From a candidate division WOR-1 bacterium RIFCSPLOWO2_02_FULL_46_20 (GTDB lineage Bacteria > Margulisbacteria > WOR-1 > O2-12-FULL-45-9): a stretch of DNA of 64,000 bases. The notes under the pieces are model-generated. The model saw only the letters and a program-made list of their open reading frames with translations. It made no database searches and had not been told where the DNA came from. Where the stretch lies: the NCBI GenBank assembly GCA_001771365.1, contig METP01000033.1, positions 11,325-75,324 of the forward strand. The letters are read 5' to 3'. The translations under genes and the position numbers were made by a program. The first letter of the stretch is position 1, and every line of letters begins with the position of its first letter. This document shows, piece after piece, positions 1-10,738 of this stretch.

Positions 1-4
1 GATT

Positions 5-787
5 ATGAGTTTTTTTCTGGCGCTGGTTTTCTTTGGCTTAGCGCAACTTTCTTACAACCTTGCTTATCCCAACACAATACTCACCATGATCAACCACCTG
101 GTTTTTTTAAATCTGGCTGTAGGCGTTTTCAATCTCATCCCTGGGTTTCCCTTGGATGGCGGTAGAGTATTTCGTTCCATCCTCTGGCATTTTTATAAAG
201 ATCTAAAAAAGGCCACCGCAATTGCCAGCGCCTTTGGTAAAGGCTTTGCCTTTTTCATTATCACTCTTGGCATACTTTACGTTTTTACACCCGGGTTAAC
301 TGTTTCCGGCATCTGGTTTATCTTTATCGGCATTTTTCTGCTGGAAGCGGCTGAGCTGAGCTACCGCCATGTTGTCATGAACAAATTACTGGGCGGCACC
401 AAAGTTGAAAGTCTTATGACCAAAGAGGTTATTACCGTTCCAGCTAATATGCCCCTGGATAAATTATTAGACAACTACTTTTTCAAATATCGTCATGCTT
501 CATTCCCCGTTTTAGAAGGCGACAATATTTTGGGGTTGGTCACCTTCCATGATGTCAAAGAAGTTCCTCAAGATAAATGGAGCACAACCACAGCGCGAGA
601 AGCCATGGAACCTGTCAGAAAAGATTTAATTATTCACAAAAACACCGAGGCTATGGATGCTCTGGCTAAGCTGGCCAGCAACGGCATTGGCAGACGCCTG
701 GTCATAGAACACGCAAAACTAATCGGCATTCTCTCACGCAAAGATATTATGCGCTTATTTGAGTTTAAGGCTGAAATTGAAAAATAG
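5..787 (+). CDS. Site-2 (M50) membrane metalloprotease with tandem CBS domains, probably 5'-truncated by the window edge
   Basis: NLIPGFPLDGGR motif, TM helices, C-terminal CBS pair; HExxH not seen, so the N-terminus likely lies upstream. Confidence 0.85.
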   Translation: MSFFLALVFFGLAQLSYNLAYPNTILTMINHLVFLNLAVGVFNLIPGFPLDGGRVFRSILWHFYKDLKKATAIASAFGKGFAFFIITLGILYVFTPGLTVSGIWFIFIGIFLLEAAELSYRHVVMNKLLGGTKVESLMTKEVITVPANMPLDKLLDNYFFKYRHASFPVLEGDNILGLVTFHDVKEVPQDKWSTTTAREAMEPVRKDLIIHKNTEAMDALAKLASNGIGRRLVIEHAKLIGILSRKDIMRLFEFKAEIEK

Positions 788-799
788 CCGTCAACGAAT

Positions 800-1318
800 A
801 TGGCAACAAATAAACGCATTGCCTTAATTATCGCCTTCCAGGGATTTCGCGACGAAGAATACACAGGACCCAAACAAGTTATTGAAGCAGCCGGCATAGA
901 AGTTACCACAGTTTCCACGCAAAGCGGCACAGCCACGGGAAAATTCGGCCTGCCGGCAAAAGTTGATCTCTTACTAAACGATTTAATTATTGCCGACTAC
1001 GAGGCCGTCGTTTTTATTGGCGGACCAGGCTCATATGCTCTACGCGATAACCCCACGGCACATAAAATTGCCCGGGAAACTGTTAAGCAAGGGAAAATCT
1101 TAGCCGCTATTTGTGCCGCTCCGGGGATATTAGCCAACGCCGGGGTCGTCAAGGGGAAGAATATAACCATGTTCAGCGACGACGGCTCAGCTGCCAGAGG
1201 TGGCGCTAACTACACCGGAAAAGGCGTAGAGGTTGACGGGAATATCATCACCGCTACCGGGCCGGAAACCGCCAAAGCCTTCGGCCAATCGATTGTAAGG
1301 GTTGTGATTAACAGATGA
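800..1318 (+). CDS. DJ-1/PfpI family protein
   Basis: GFRDEEY, FIGGPG, AAICAAP, DGNIITATGP motifs. Confidence 0.9.
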   Translation: MATNKRIALIIAFQGFRDEEYTGPKQVIEAAGIEVTTVSTQSGTATGKFGLPAKVDLLLNDLIIADYEAVVFIGGPGSYALRDNPTAHKIARETVKQGKILAAICAAPGILANAGVVKGKNITMFSDDGSAARGGANYTGKGVEVDGNIITATGPETAKAFGQSIVRVVINR

Positions 1319-1713
1319 AAGCACACATTTATACCGATGGCGCGGCTCGAGGAAATCCTGGACCGGCCGGCATTGGCATTGTTATAAAAAATGAGAAGAA
1401 AGTCTTGCTCGAAGTTTCTGCTTTCATAGGCGAAGCGACTAATAACGTTGCTGAATATATGGCGTTGATCCGGGGATTGGAAGAAGCCATTGACCTTGAA
1501 GAAGATGAAGTAGAAGTCTTCGCTGATTCAGAATTAATGGTTAAACAAATCAAAGACGAATACCGGGTAAAAAACAAGGGATTACTTCCGCTGCATTACC
1601 ATGTAAAATCTTTGATCAAAAAATTTAAACGATTCTCCATCTCTCACATTGCCCGCGAAAAAAACAAACGCGCGGACAACCTGGCTAACCAGGGCATAGA
1701 TAGTATGCTATAA
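1315..1713 (+). CDS. rnhA: Ribonuclease HI
   Basis: YTDGAARGNPGPAG, TNNVAEY, DSEL, REKNKRADNLAN. Confidence 0.9.
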   Translation: MKAHIYTDGAARGNPGPAGIGIVIKNEKKVLLEVSAFIGEATNNVAEYMALIRGLEEAIDLEEDEVEVFADSELMVKQIKDEYRVKNKGLLPLHYHVKSLIKKFKRFSISHIAREKNKRADNLANQGIDSML

Positions 1714-1721
1714 TTAATCTC

Positions 1722-2124
1722 GGGCAGGCCAGACGATCGCCCCTCGACTCCGCCGCAAGCGGTGTCGCTCGGGGAGGAAAGTCCGGACTCCAGAGAGCGG
1801 CGTGCTGGATAATATCCAGTCAGAGTAAAATCTGAAGGAAAGTGGCACAGAAATTACACAGCCCACCCTATCCCCAAAGGATAGGAGGCGATAGGTGAAA
1901 CTGGGAGGTAAGAGCTCCCACACGTCAGCCAGGCAACTGGCGGTGCGCTAAACCCCACGCGGAGCAAGACCAAATAGGGAGATGAGCTGCTCGCTCGTTT
2001 GAATCCCGAGTAGGTCGCGTTGAGGTAAATAGAGATATTTATCCCAGATAGATGATCGTCGTTCTTCGAAGCTCTGGTTTATCGGAGCGTAGAAGAAACA
2101 GAATCCGGCTTATCGGCCTGCCCC
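1722..2124 (+). ncRNA. rnpB: RNase P RNA (type A)
   Basis: GAGGAAAGTCCGGACTCC, GAAAGTGGCACAGAAA and ACAGAATCCGGCTTAT signatures; P1 GGGCAGGCC/GGCCTGCCC; TGcTATAAT -10 overlaps the rnhA stop. Confidence 0.95.
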
Positions 2125-2227
2125 CACACCAACTTTAAAAAGATATCTGCTGCCAACAGCAAATATTTCACAGTTGTGTATTATTTATCAATGAGCGATA
2201 ATCAACTATTAAAGTTGGTGTGGGGGC
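2120..2227. repeat. 108-bp element bounded by a perfect 19-bp inverted repeat (MITE/REP-like)
   Basis: GCCCCCACACCAACTTTAA (2120-2138) and TTAAAGTTGGTGTGGGGGC (2209-2227). Confidence 0.75.
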
Positions 2228-2234
2228 GTACCCA

Positions 2235-2489
2235 ATGTTTTATGTATATATTCTTAAAAGTTTAAAAGATAAAAATCTATATATTGGTTCAACTAATAAC
2301 CTCGAAAGAAGACTTAAACAACACAACAATAGTGAGGTTTTCTCAACAAAAAGCCGGGTTCCCTTTGAAATTATTTATTATGAAGCTTATAAAGCAGAAA
2401 GCGATGCAAGAAAGAGAGAACGAAATCTAAAATTAAGAAGTCGAGCACATATTCAGCTCAAAAAGAGGATTGAAGCAAGCTTAAAGTAG
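2235..2489 (+). CDS. Small stand-alone GIY-YIG nuclease
   Basis: MFYVYIL...LYIGSTNNLERRLKQHN, YYE..A..RE; ATG at 2235. Confidence 0.9.
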   Translation: MFYVYILKSLKDKNLYIGSTNNLERRLKQHNNSEVFSTKSRVPFEIIYYEAYKAESDARKRERNLKLRSRAHIQLKKRIEASLK

Positions 2490-2490
2490 C

Positions 2491-2845
2491 TTAATCAAAG
2501 ATCACTACGAATAAAACCCCTGAATAGATCGCATAATCTACAATTCCAAGACGTTTTAAGCTAACCTTACCTTTCCACTCCGGCCTATCTAAAACTTCTT
2601 GCATGACGCTTTGCGCCCGTTCGTCCTCTTTCCAAGCCTGTTTATAACTCAAAACCAATATAATTCACTCCCATACTCTTAGCTGCCAATCCTAAATATG
2701 CAGCTTCTTCCGTACCAACACTTACTATGTTGTTGCCTTCCCTTACGCCAATCCTCTTCAAAAATCTTAGGGCTTCCTGAAATTGTTTATTCCCAATGCG
2801 CAAAGCAATATTCGAGGCAACAGGTTTTTGTTCAATTATTTTCAT
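2491..2845 (-). pseudogene. Probable frameshifted hypothetical gene (weak SAM-methyltransferase-like start)
   Basis: ORF MKIIEQK...YIGFEL stops at 2642; an adjacent frame continues YKQAWKEDERAQ...VVIFD to a stop at about 2491. Confidence 0.35.
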
Positions 2846-2941
2846 CCTTATCTTACCTCTTACTAAATTATTTCGACAAAAAAAAATGGTTAATTTCACT
2901 TTGAGTATCTTTGGGGTTGGGGTTGTGGGGTTGCAAAAATA

Positions 2942-5683
2942 TTAATTTAACAATTGATCAAGCATCTCGAGCGCTTCTTGCCTGGTCAACAGCTTCAGCT
3001 CGGTGCGCTTGAGCATCAATTCACGCACAAATTTATGCAGCAGCTCATGATCTTTAATTACCAGATTATTAAAATCTTGTAGCAATGCCTGTCTTAGGCC
3101 GCTTAAGTCGTCCCAATGTTTTTCGAGAGTTTTGTAGTGGCTGGCATATTTCTCGATAGTTACCACATACTGATAGGTCTCAAAGTCCATGCCGCGAATC
3201 TTTTCGTAATTTATTTTCAGGTTGCCGTTGCTGTAAGCAGCCAGCCCCTTATCAAGCAAAAGCTTAAAATCCTCCGGGGAAAGCTTTTGTTTTTTGATTA
3301 TTTTGCTGGCCACGATTGAGTCTACTGCCAAAGTGGCCGCTTCGAGAGTGGTCAGCGGCGAGCCTTTATATAATTTATAACCAGCCGCCTCCGCGGTACC
3401 GATTATCTCCTCCTTGGCAGGATCACCAATAAACTCAGAGCAGGCTTTATACAAAGAAAAATTGGCATTCGCCTCTACACATTCATCCAACTTGTCGAAA
3501 GGCGCGGAGAGAATTTGAATCAGGTCATCAATTAAGTTACGTTCTTCCATAATCAGACCACCGGAAGAGTGAATCAACTCAGGCGATAAAGTTTTATTCG
3601 CTTTCAAGGTTTGCAAAGCATATCTGCCAAAAGGATGGCTCCCCCACTTCATCTCGACAACCTCACCACTGGCATTAGTGACCGGATCATAATATTTATA
3701 GCCGCGCTCCGCCTCCGGCCTGTAAATATCGGCCAAGACCTCATTTGGCACAGCGCCCGGGTTCCCTTTTATATCCGTAAATAACCAGCGCTCACCCTCT
3801 TTTTTGATCACACCACCCATAGGAATAACCGTGGTTTGATAATAAAGGTTGGAGATGTAATTTTCCATGCTTTTATAAACATAGAATATTCCAGGTGTGG
3901 TAGGATATGCTAAATGTTCTTCGAAAACAGGCCGCTCTTTTTCGTCTCTCCCCAGCATCTGATAATATTTTTGCTTTGGCCCCCCCTTAACCCGCAGCTT
4001 GGCAAAAGGCTGGTCTTTGATATAAATCAACCAAATACCGGACAGGGGATAAACAGCAATTTTTACATCTTCGTCCCGCTTAAATTTCTCCTTAAGCCCA
4101 TCTAAATCTTCTTTAACATTTACCATCGTCGTTAGATAAGGGATCTGCTCCAGCATGTATTCCTCAATGTTTTTTGAATAATCATAAACAACTATCCGGG
4201 TATTTACGGGCAAAAGGGAATACAGAAAAAAACTGTCACGCGGCGTGACATGCAGGCAGCCGTGGCTTTTGTATAAATCCCCGAGTATTTCATCAAGCAG
4301 TAAACCAAAGTTGTACTCGTTCAAAGCCCTAACAGAATGAAATTCCAATGCTCCCGCCTCTTCGCTCAACGCCTGCTTGATGAGCTGACGCATTACTTTG
4401 CTTTCGCGTCCAGAAAAAACAGGATCATCCTCCGTCAGGAATAAGTTCTCAAAAGAGAGCTCCCGCACATACTTGGCTTGTGCCGGGGGTGTCGCCGGTT
4501 CAAAGAAAATTCGACTGGTCAGCCAGTTCTCAACAAGATTTTGCTGGTTGGCCAACGAAAGTACCCCCATCTTTATAAAATCTTCCCTTAATTTATTCCG
4601 TAAATCCTGCCAAAAGCTCCAGTCATCTTTTAATTTCTGATACCAATAAACTCGTTTTGCAATAATTGAATTATTTTCCCCCTGAGTTTGAAGCTTTCCC
4701 AGCGCTTTTTGCCGGGCCAATCCCCTGCGCGGCACGACAGCTCCTATCTGAGGCTCCAACGCTTGCAGTGTTTTATAATAAGTGAAGTTGGCATTATTTG
4801 ATATACATGAATCAAAATCATCCGATCCCGGTTGAGTTAAAATTTGGGTTAGATCTTTTACCAGTATGATTTGCTCAAAAAGCAGCCTGCCATCCGTATA
4901 GGCCATCATATTGCGGCCTGCTTTGGACAGCCACAAAATGTATTTGCCAAAGTCGTTACTCCCCCAGCGCGCCGCCGGCACCTTGTCATTATAATCATAA
5001 TAACTATATTTTTGTTTGTCGACCGGCTGTTCAAGGTCTTTAACGATATGCTGGGGCAAAACCAACCAATCACCCCCACTGTTATAAACCCATTTACCAT
5101 TTTTTTTCACCAGCCAGGCGCCGAAAGGGACAACGGTTGTTTCATAATACGCTTTGCTGATATAGTGGGCCGTCGGCCCAAGCACGGTATATTCTCCCGG
5201 ATAAGTCGGAACAGATAAAAAATTTTCATCAGGACGCAGCAATTTTTCTTTAAACCCGGCTTTAGTCCGCAACTTAGCGTAGGGTCGGCCATTAACATTA
5301 ATAAAAAGACGGTCAAGCGCGGGATAAACAACCACTTCAGTCGTGCTGTTTTTAAAAAGCTCGGCATGTATCTTAATATCTTTAGGGCCATTTGTAATAT
5401 TAAACAGAAACGGGACAGCCTTCTCATCGAACGTCAGTTTCACCTCTTCATATCCTTTACCCTGCCAAGAAATCCCTCTGGAAATAGTGCTGACTAACAG
5501 ATAAGTGTCCGAAGAGGTAAAGTGCAAGCCGCCGCGGGTATTATAAAGATCTCCTAAATAATCATCAAAATAGGCAGTCAGATTCTTTGAATTCAACAAA
5601 TTCAAACTCGGATAGTTTCCCTCCGCCAAACTAACGGAAATTAAACTTGGGAGCAGCCATATAATCATTAGACAGCGCTTCAC
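2942..5683 (-). CDS. Secreted 913-aa protein with duplicated, apparently circularly permuted L,D-transpeptidase (YkuD-like) modules
   Basis: Signal peptide; SHGCLHV; PTYPG/PTTPG; IHSSG; clear internal duplication. Confidence 0.7.
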   Translation of the reverse strand: MKRCLMIIWLLPSLISVSLAEGNYPSLNLLNSKNLTAYFDDYLGDLYNTRGGLHFTSSDTYLLVSTISRGISWQGKGYEEVKLTFDEKAVPFLFNITNGPKDIKIHAELFKNSTTEVVVYPALDRLFINVNGRPYAKLRTKAGFKEKLLRPDENFLSVPTYPGEYTVLGPTAHYISKAYYETTVVPFGAWLVKKNGKWVYNSGGDWLVLPQHIVKDLEQPVDKQKYSYYDYNDKVPAARWGSNDFGKYILWLSKAGRNMMAYTDGRLLFEQIILVKDLTQILTQPGSDDFDSCISNNANFTYYKTLQALEPQIGAVVPRRGLARQKALGKLQTQGENNSIIAKRVYWYQKLKDDWSFWQDLRNKLREDFIKMGVLSLANQQNLVENWLTSRIFFEPATPPAQAKYVRELSFENLFLTEDDPVFSGRESKVMRQLIKQALSEEAGALEFHSVRALNEYNFGLLLDEILGDLYKSHGCLHVTPRDSFFLYSLLPVNTRIVVYDYSKNIEEYMLEQIPYLTTMVNVKEDLDGLKEKFKRDEDVKIAVYPLSGIWLIYIKDQPFAKLRVKGGPKQKYYQMLGRDEKERPVFEEHLAYPTTPGIFYVYKSMENYISNLYYQTTVIPMGGVIKKEGERWLFTDIKGNPGAVPNEVLADIYRPEAERGYKYYDPVTNASGEVVEMKWGSHPFGRYALQTLKANKTLSPELIHSSGGLIMEERNLIDDLIQILSAPFDKLDECVEANANFSLYKACSEFIGDPAKEEIIGTAEAAGYKLYKGSPLTTLEAATLAVDSIVASKIIKKQKLSPEDFKLLLDKGLAAYSNGNLKINYEKIRGMDFETYQYVVTIEKYASHYKTLEKHWDDLSGLRQALLQDFNNLVIKDHELLHKFVRELMLKRTELKLLTRQEALEMLDQLLN

Positions 5684-5735
5684 AACACCATTCTACCTAA
5701 TACTTGACTTATCGACAATAGTTACCTATGCTTTT

Positions 5736-6368
5736 ATGTATATGAAATCTCGACGAGTCCTGTTTTTATTGCTGTTTATCATCGCTACAAGCTCAGCTTT
5801 GGCACAAAAACTTACTCCGCCGGCAATTGCGCCGGCTCTCCCGCCTATTGAAGTGGCCACGCGAGAACCTATCTCTCTCCCGCCGCCGCCGTCAACAAGC
5901 GAAGCCGAATTCGAAGTTCCCGGCCAGGAGACAGGAATATATAAATGGGGGATTGATAGCGATGCCAGCGCATCACTTTTATTAAGTTCTGCTATGGTCC
6001 TGGGAGGAAGGTTTAACATCCTGCTGCCAGACCCCTGGCAACTGGGAACCCAGATTGGCCTGGCCGAGGATGCTTTGGAGTTTAAAACCGGTCTGGGTTT
6101 AGCCATTGGCCAAACGAGCGCACTCCCTCTCTTTGCCGAAGCAGTGCTTTATCTAAAAGAAAAATCATTTTATAACCTGGACCCATATGTTGGCGTGGGG
6201 TTAAACTATACAAGCAAGCTGGGCAGTCAAATTTTTGCCGGGGTTTTGTATGATCTTGGGATTTATTCCGGCCAACTCGGCATAGAGGCAGGCTACCAGA
6301 CAATAAATTTAGCCACGACCCAAAGCCAAGGGTTCTTTCTCTCCGTTATTAGGCCAATTAGGCTGTAA
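5736..6368 (+). CDS. Secreted protein, probable small outer-membrane beta-barrel with Pro-rich linker
   Basis: Signal peptide, Pro-rich stretch, alternating beta-strands such as PYVGVGLNY. Confidence 0.55.
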   Translation: MYMKSRRVLFLLLFIIATSSALAQKLTPPAIAPALPPIEVATREPISLPPPPSTSEAEFEVPGQETGIYKWGIDSDASASLLLSSAMVLGGRFNILLPDPWQLGTQIGLAEDALEFKTGLGLAIGQTSALPLFAEAVLYLKEKSFYNLDPYVGVGLNYTSKLGSQIFAGVLYDLGIYSGQLGIEAGYQTINLATTQSQGFFLSVIRPIRL

Positions 6369-6382
6369 AGCCAGCAACAAAA

Positions 6383-9300
6383 TTATGCCCTGTGATAATC
6401 CTGAATCGCTTTTACGTCAAAACCTTTTTTCTTGGCCGCCTCCAAACCGTTTACAGTTGCCCTGGCTCCGGAGATTGTCGTGATCAAAGGAATGTTATGC
6501 ATAACCGCCAGCGAACGCATTTTTGCTTCATCAATCTTGGTGGTTTTTCCTCCCGGGGTGTTAATCAAAAAACCAATCTTGCCTTTGTTGATCAGGTCTA
6601 GAACGCTGGATTTGCCTTTGCCTATTTTGTCGACAATAGAAACTTCAATGCCGTTCTTTTTTAGGGCCCGACCGGTGCCAGCGGTTGCCACAATGCTGTA
6701 GCCAAGATCAACAAGCTTCTTGACAATAAAAACAATCGAGCGTTTGTCCTGGTTTTTAACACTGACAAAGACGTTGCCGGACATCGGAAATTTCTGCCCC
6801 GCGGCCAACTGTGCTTTCATAAATGCGCTGCCGTAATCAGCGTCAATCCCCATAACCTCGCCGGTTGACTTCATTTCCGGGCCTAAAACCGCGTCCGCTC
6901 CGGGAAAACGATTGAAAGGGAAAACCGCTTCCTTTACCGCGACATGATCAATCTCAACCTCCTTGTCAATCCCCTGCTCTTTTAGGCTCTTCCCAATCAT
7001 TACTTTGGTTGCCACTTTAGCCCAGGGAATCCCGGTCGCCTTGCTCACAAAAGGGACAGTACGCGAAGCCCGCGGGTTAACCTCTAAGACATATAATATA
7101 TCGCCGCGAACCGCATACTGGATATTCATCAAGCCTATTACTTTCAGTTCTTTGGCCAGGATATAAGTTGTCTTTTTTATTTCCTCGATCATTTCATCAG
7201 AGAGAGAAAAGGGCGGGATAGCACAAGCCGAATCGCCGGAATGGATGCCGGCTTCTTCAATATGCTCCATAATACCGCAAACCACCGTCTTTTTACCATC
7301 GGACACGGCATCAACATCAACCTCAATCGCGTCTTCGAGGAATTTATCAATTAAGATAGGATGTTCCGGGGAAACATCAACCGCCCATTTCATAAATTGT
7401 CCGAGATCCGCATCATCATAAACGATTTCCATGGCCCGGCCGCCCAGGACATACGATGGCCTCACCAAGACAGGATAGCCAATACGTTTGGCAGCTTTTT
7501 TTGCTTCAGCAAAAGAGCGCGCGGTGCCGTTTGACGGCTGTTTTAATTTAAGTTTTTTTAATACTTTCTGAAAGAGCTTGCGGTCTTCGGCTTTATCAAT
7601 GCTTTTGGGCGAGGTGCCGATAATCTTGCCGCCCGATTTTTGGATCGGGATCGCCAGATTAAGCGGAGTCTGGCCGCCAAACTGGACAATAATCCCGTCG
7701 GGCTTTTCTTTTTCTATAATATGCACGACATCTTCTTTGGTTAACGGCTCAAAATATAGCTTATCGGATGTATCATAATCCGTGGAAACCGTTTCCGGAT
7801 TGGAATTAACCATAATTGATTCATAGCCCTCTTCCCGTAAAGCAAAAGAGGCGTGGCAGCAGCAATAGTCAAATTCTATCCCCTGGCCGATACGGTTGGG
7901 CCCGCCACCCAAGATCATCACCTTTTTCTTGCGTGACGGCTTTGATTCGCATTCACTTTCATAAGTTGAATAATAATACGGCGTGTGCGCCTCAAACTCA
8001 GCGGCGCAAGTATCAACCAGCTTATAAACAGGCTTAATGTTCTGCTCATCACGCATTTTTTTTATCTCATCTTCTGTTTTATCTTTGAGATAAGCTAATT
8101 GTTTGTCGGAAAAACCCAGGCGCTTCATTTCCCAAAGGGACAAATCGGCCCTGGGAGCCTCTATAATTTGTTTCATATTTTCCAGAAACCAGGGGTCAAC
8201 AAATGTTAATTTATTAATTTCATCAATCGACATCCCCTGTTCAATTGCCTGTTTGATATAAAAAATCCGGCGGTCATTAGGGGTTTTTAGATTCCCAATC
8301 AGATTAGCCGTATCAATAAAACACTTGCCGTCGTGCCCCAGACCGGCCCGCCCCACCTCAAGTGAGCGCAATCCTTTTTGCAAAGCCTCTTTAAAAGTCC
8401 GGCCAATGGCCATTGTCTCCCCAACCGATTTCATAGATGTTCCCAGCACGGAATCAGCATCCTTAAATTTTTCAAAAGTAAAGCGCGGGATTTTGACAAC
8501 GCAATAATCGATGGTCGGTTCAAACGACGCCGGAGTCTTCCTGGTAATATCATTACTGATCTCGTCCAGCGTATAACCGACCGAAAGCTTGGCCGCAAAT
8601 TTGGCAATGGGGAAGCCAGTTGCCTTTGAAGCCAGGGCCGAAGAACGGGAAACCCGCGGATTCATCTCAATAATAACCATGCGGCCGTTCTTTGGATCAA
8701 CCGCAAATTGAATGTTTGAACCACCGGTCTCAACACCAATCGCCCGGATGCAACGGATAGAAGCGTCGCGCATAAGTTGATATTCTTTATCGGTCAAGGT
8801 TTGTGCCGGAGCAACCGTAATTGAGTCTCCGGTATGGATCCCCATCGCGTCAAAGTTTTCAATGGAACAGACAATAACCACATTGTCTTTTTTATCCCGC
8901 ATCACTTCGAGCTCAAATTCTTTCCAGCCGGTTAAATCTTCTTCAATCAAGACCTGGTGGGTAGGCGAGAGCTCAAGGCCATACTTAACAACTTTTTCAT
9001 ATTCCTCGGATGTGTGAGCCACACCAGAACCTGTCCCGCCCAATGTAAAGCTGGGCCTAATAATTGTCGGTAAACCGACATATCCCAAAATTTTCTCGGC
9101 TGCCTCCCAGGTCGAAGCATGGCCACTGAGGGGAAGATCAATCCTGGCTTTTGTCATCGCTTCCTTAAACTGTTGGCGGTCCTCCGCCCGTTTAATCGCC
9201 GCTAAATTAGCGCCAATCATCTCAACCCCAAACTTTTCCAAAACACCCATTTCGGCCACAGCAACTGCCGTATTTAAACCTGTCTGCCCTCCCAGGGTTG

Positions 9301-9562
9301 GCAAAAGCGCGTCCGGTCGTTCTTTTTCGATTATCTTAGCCACAATCTCCGGGGTAACCGGCTCAATATAAGTCCTGTCAGCCATTTCCGGATCAGTCAT
9401 AATCGTAGCCGGATTGGAATTGATCAAAATAACCTTAAAACCTTCTTCCTTTAGCGCTTTACAGGCTTGGGAACCGGAATAATCAAATTCACATCCCTGG
9501 CCGATTATTATCGGCCCCGCCCCTATGATCATTATTTTATTAATATCAGTTCGTTTTGGCAT
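6383..9562 (-). CDS. carB: Carbamoyl-phosphate synthase large subunit
   Basis: [36 protein letters not shown]-terminal MGS domain. Confidence 0.98.
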   Translation of the reverse strand: MPKRTDINKIMIIGAGPIIIGQGCEFDYSGSQACKALKEEGFKVILINSNPATIMTDPEMADRTYIEPVTPEIVAKIIEKERPDALLPTLGGQTGLNTAVAVAEMGVLEKFGVEMIGANLAAIKRAEDRQQFKEAMTKARIDLPLSGHASTWEAAEKILGYVGLPTIIRPSFTLGGTGSGVAHTSEEYEKVVKYGLELSPTHQVLIEEDLTGWKEFELEVMRDKKDNVVIVCSIENFDAMGIHTGDSITVAPAQTLTDKEYQLMRDASIRCIRAIGVETGGSNIQFAVDPKNGRMVIIEMNPRVSRSSALASKATGFPIAKFAAKLSVGYTLDEISNDITRKTPASFEPTIDYCVVKIPRFTFEKFKDADSVLGTSMKSVGETMAIGRTFKEALQKGLRSLEVGRAGLGHDGKCFIDTANLIGNLKTPNDRRIFYIKQAIEQGMSIDEINKLTFVDPWFLENMKQIIEAPRADLSLWEMKRLGFSDKQLAYLKDKTEDEIKKMRDEQNIKPVYKLVDTCAAEFEAHTPYYYSTYESECESKPSRKKKVMILGGGPNRIGQGIEFDYCCCHASFALREEGYESIMVNSNPETVSTDYDTSDKLYFEPLTKEDVVHIIEKEKPDGIIVQFGGQTPLNLAIPIQKSGGKIIGTSPKSIDKAEDRKLFQKVLKKLKLKQPSNGTARSFAEAKKAAKRIGYPVLVRPSYVLGGRAMEIVYDDADLGQFMKWAVDVSPEHPILIDKFLEDAIEVDVDAVSDGKKTVVCGIMEHIEEAGIHSGDSACAIPPFSLSDEMIEEIKKTTYILAKELKVIGLMNIQYAVRGDILYVLEVNPRASRTVPFVSKATGIPWAKVATKVMIGKSLKEQGIDKEVEIDHVAVKEAVFPFNRFPGADAVLGPEMKSTGEVMGIDADYGSAFMKAQLAAGQKFPMSGNVFVSVKNQDKRSIVFIVKKLVDLGYSIVATAGTGRALKKNGIEVSIVDKIGKGKSSVLDLINKGKIGFLINTPGGKTTKIDEAKMRSLAVMHNIPLITTISGARATVNGLEAAKKKGFDVKAIQDYHRA

Positions 9563-10676
9563 CTTTCATTAACCCGGTAAATTCTTTGAAAAGATAAGCT
9601 GCGTCGTGCGGCCCGGGGCCGGCTTCCGGATGATATTGCACGGAAAAAATTGGCAAAGATTTATGCCGCATCCCTTCAACTGTCCGGTCATTTAAATTAA
9701 CATGAGTAATCTCCACTTCTTTATCGGGAATGGAATCAAGATCAACGGCAAACCCGTGATTCTGGGCGGTGATTGCCACTTGCCTGGTCTTTAAATCCAT
9801 TACCGGCTGGTTACCGCCATGGTGACCAAATTTTAATTTGTAAGTTTTGCCGCCAAAAGCTAAGCTCAAAAGCTGGTTCCCCAAACAAATACCAAAGATC
9901 GGCTTCTTCCCTATCAGTTTCTTGATATTATCGATAGCATAGGTAACAGCCGCCGGATCTGCCGGGCCATTGGAGAGAAAAATCCCGTCAGGATTTGTTT
10001 TAAGAATATCTTCGGCCGGATATTGGGCTGGATACACCGTTATCCGACAGCCAACCGACTGCAAATGCCGCAAAATATTAAATTTTATTCCATAATCATA
10101 CGCCGCTACATTGTATTTTGAAGCTTGAGGTTTGAGATTTGAGGTTTGAGCTTTAGCATAATTTGTTTCATTCCAGACGTATGGTTCCTTGCAGGTCACA
10201 ACCTTTACCAAATCTATTCCCTCAACTCCCGGACAAGCTTTGGCCCTGGCAATTAGACTTTTTTTATCAAGATCAATTGTTGAAATAATTCCTTTAAGCG
10301 CACCTTGAGTGCGCAGTTTTTTAGTTAAAGCTCTGGTATCAACCCCTTCGATACCAACAATTCCATTTTCTTTTAAATAGTTGGAGAGGGTTTTTGTTTG
10401 GCGATGGTTGGAGGCAATCGCACTGTTTTCACGAACAATAAAAGCCTCAACCTGAGGGATTGGTGATTCAATATCTTCTTCGTTAACACCGTAATTGCCA
10501 ATAAGAGGATAAGTCATGGTAACAATTTGGCCTTTGTAGGAGGGGTCGGTTAAAATTTCCTGGTAGCCGGTAAGTGCGGTATTAAAAACAATTTCTCCAG
10601 TCTTCTCTCCCGCCGCGCCGAAAGACTGTCCACGGAAAACCGTTCCATCTTCAAGTACTAAATGTGCCTCTATCAT
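9546..10676 (-). CDS. carA: Carbamoyl-phosphate synthase small subunit
   Basis: [34 protein letters not shown]. Confidence 0.98.
   Translation of the reverse strand: MIEAHLVLEDGTVFRGQSFGAAGEKTGEIVFNTALTGYQEILTDPSYKGQIVTMTYPLIGNYGVNEEDIESPIPQVEAFIVRENSAIASNHRQTKTLSNYLKENGIVGIEGVDTRALTKKLRTQGALKGIISTIDLDKKSLIARAKACPGVEGIDLVKVVTCKEPYVWNETNYAKAQTSNLKPQASKYNVAAYDYGIKFNILRHLQSVGCRITVYPAQYPAEDILKTNPDGIFLSNGPADPAAVTYAIDNIKKLIGKKPIFGICLGNQLLSLAFGGKTYKLKFGHHGGNQPVMDLKTRQVAITAQNHGFAVDLDSIPDKEVEITHVNLNDRTVEGMRHKSLPIFSVQYHPEAGPGPHDAAYLFKEFTGLMKDAKTN
10116..10150. repeat. Heptamer tandem repeat inside carA
   Basis: ttttgaa gcttgag gtttgag atttgag gtttgag. Confidence 0.65.
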
Positions 10677-10738
10677 AAGTCATGACCTTAGTAAGTATAT
10701 CGGAAAATAAAAGGGCTCGCAAGCGGCGGAGGAGTTTT

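Noticed and set aside
1714..1923. 69-aa minus-strand ORF
   Set aside because: Antisense to RNase P RNA.
2911..2934. G-quadruplex or telomere-like repeat TTGGGGTTGGGGTTGTGGGG
   Set aside because: Only three G-runs in a short intergenic tract.
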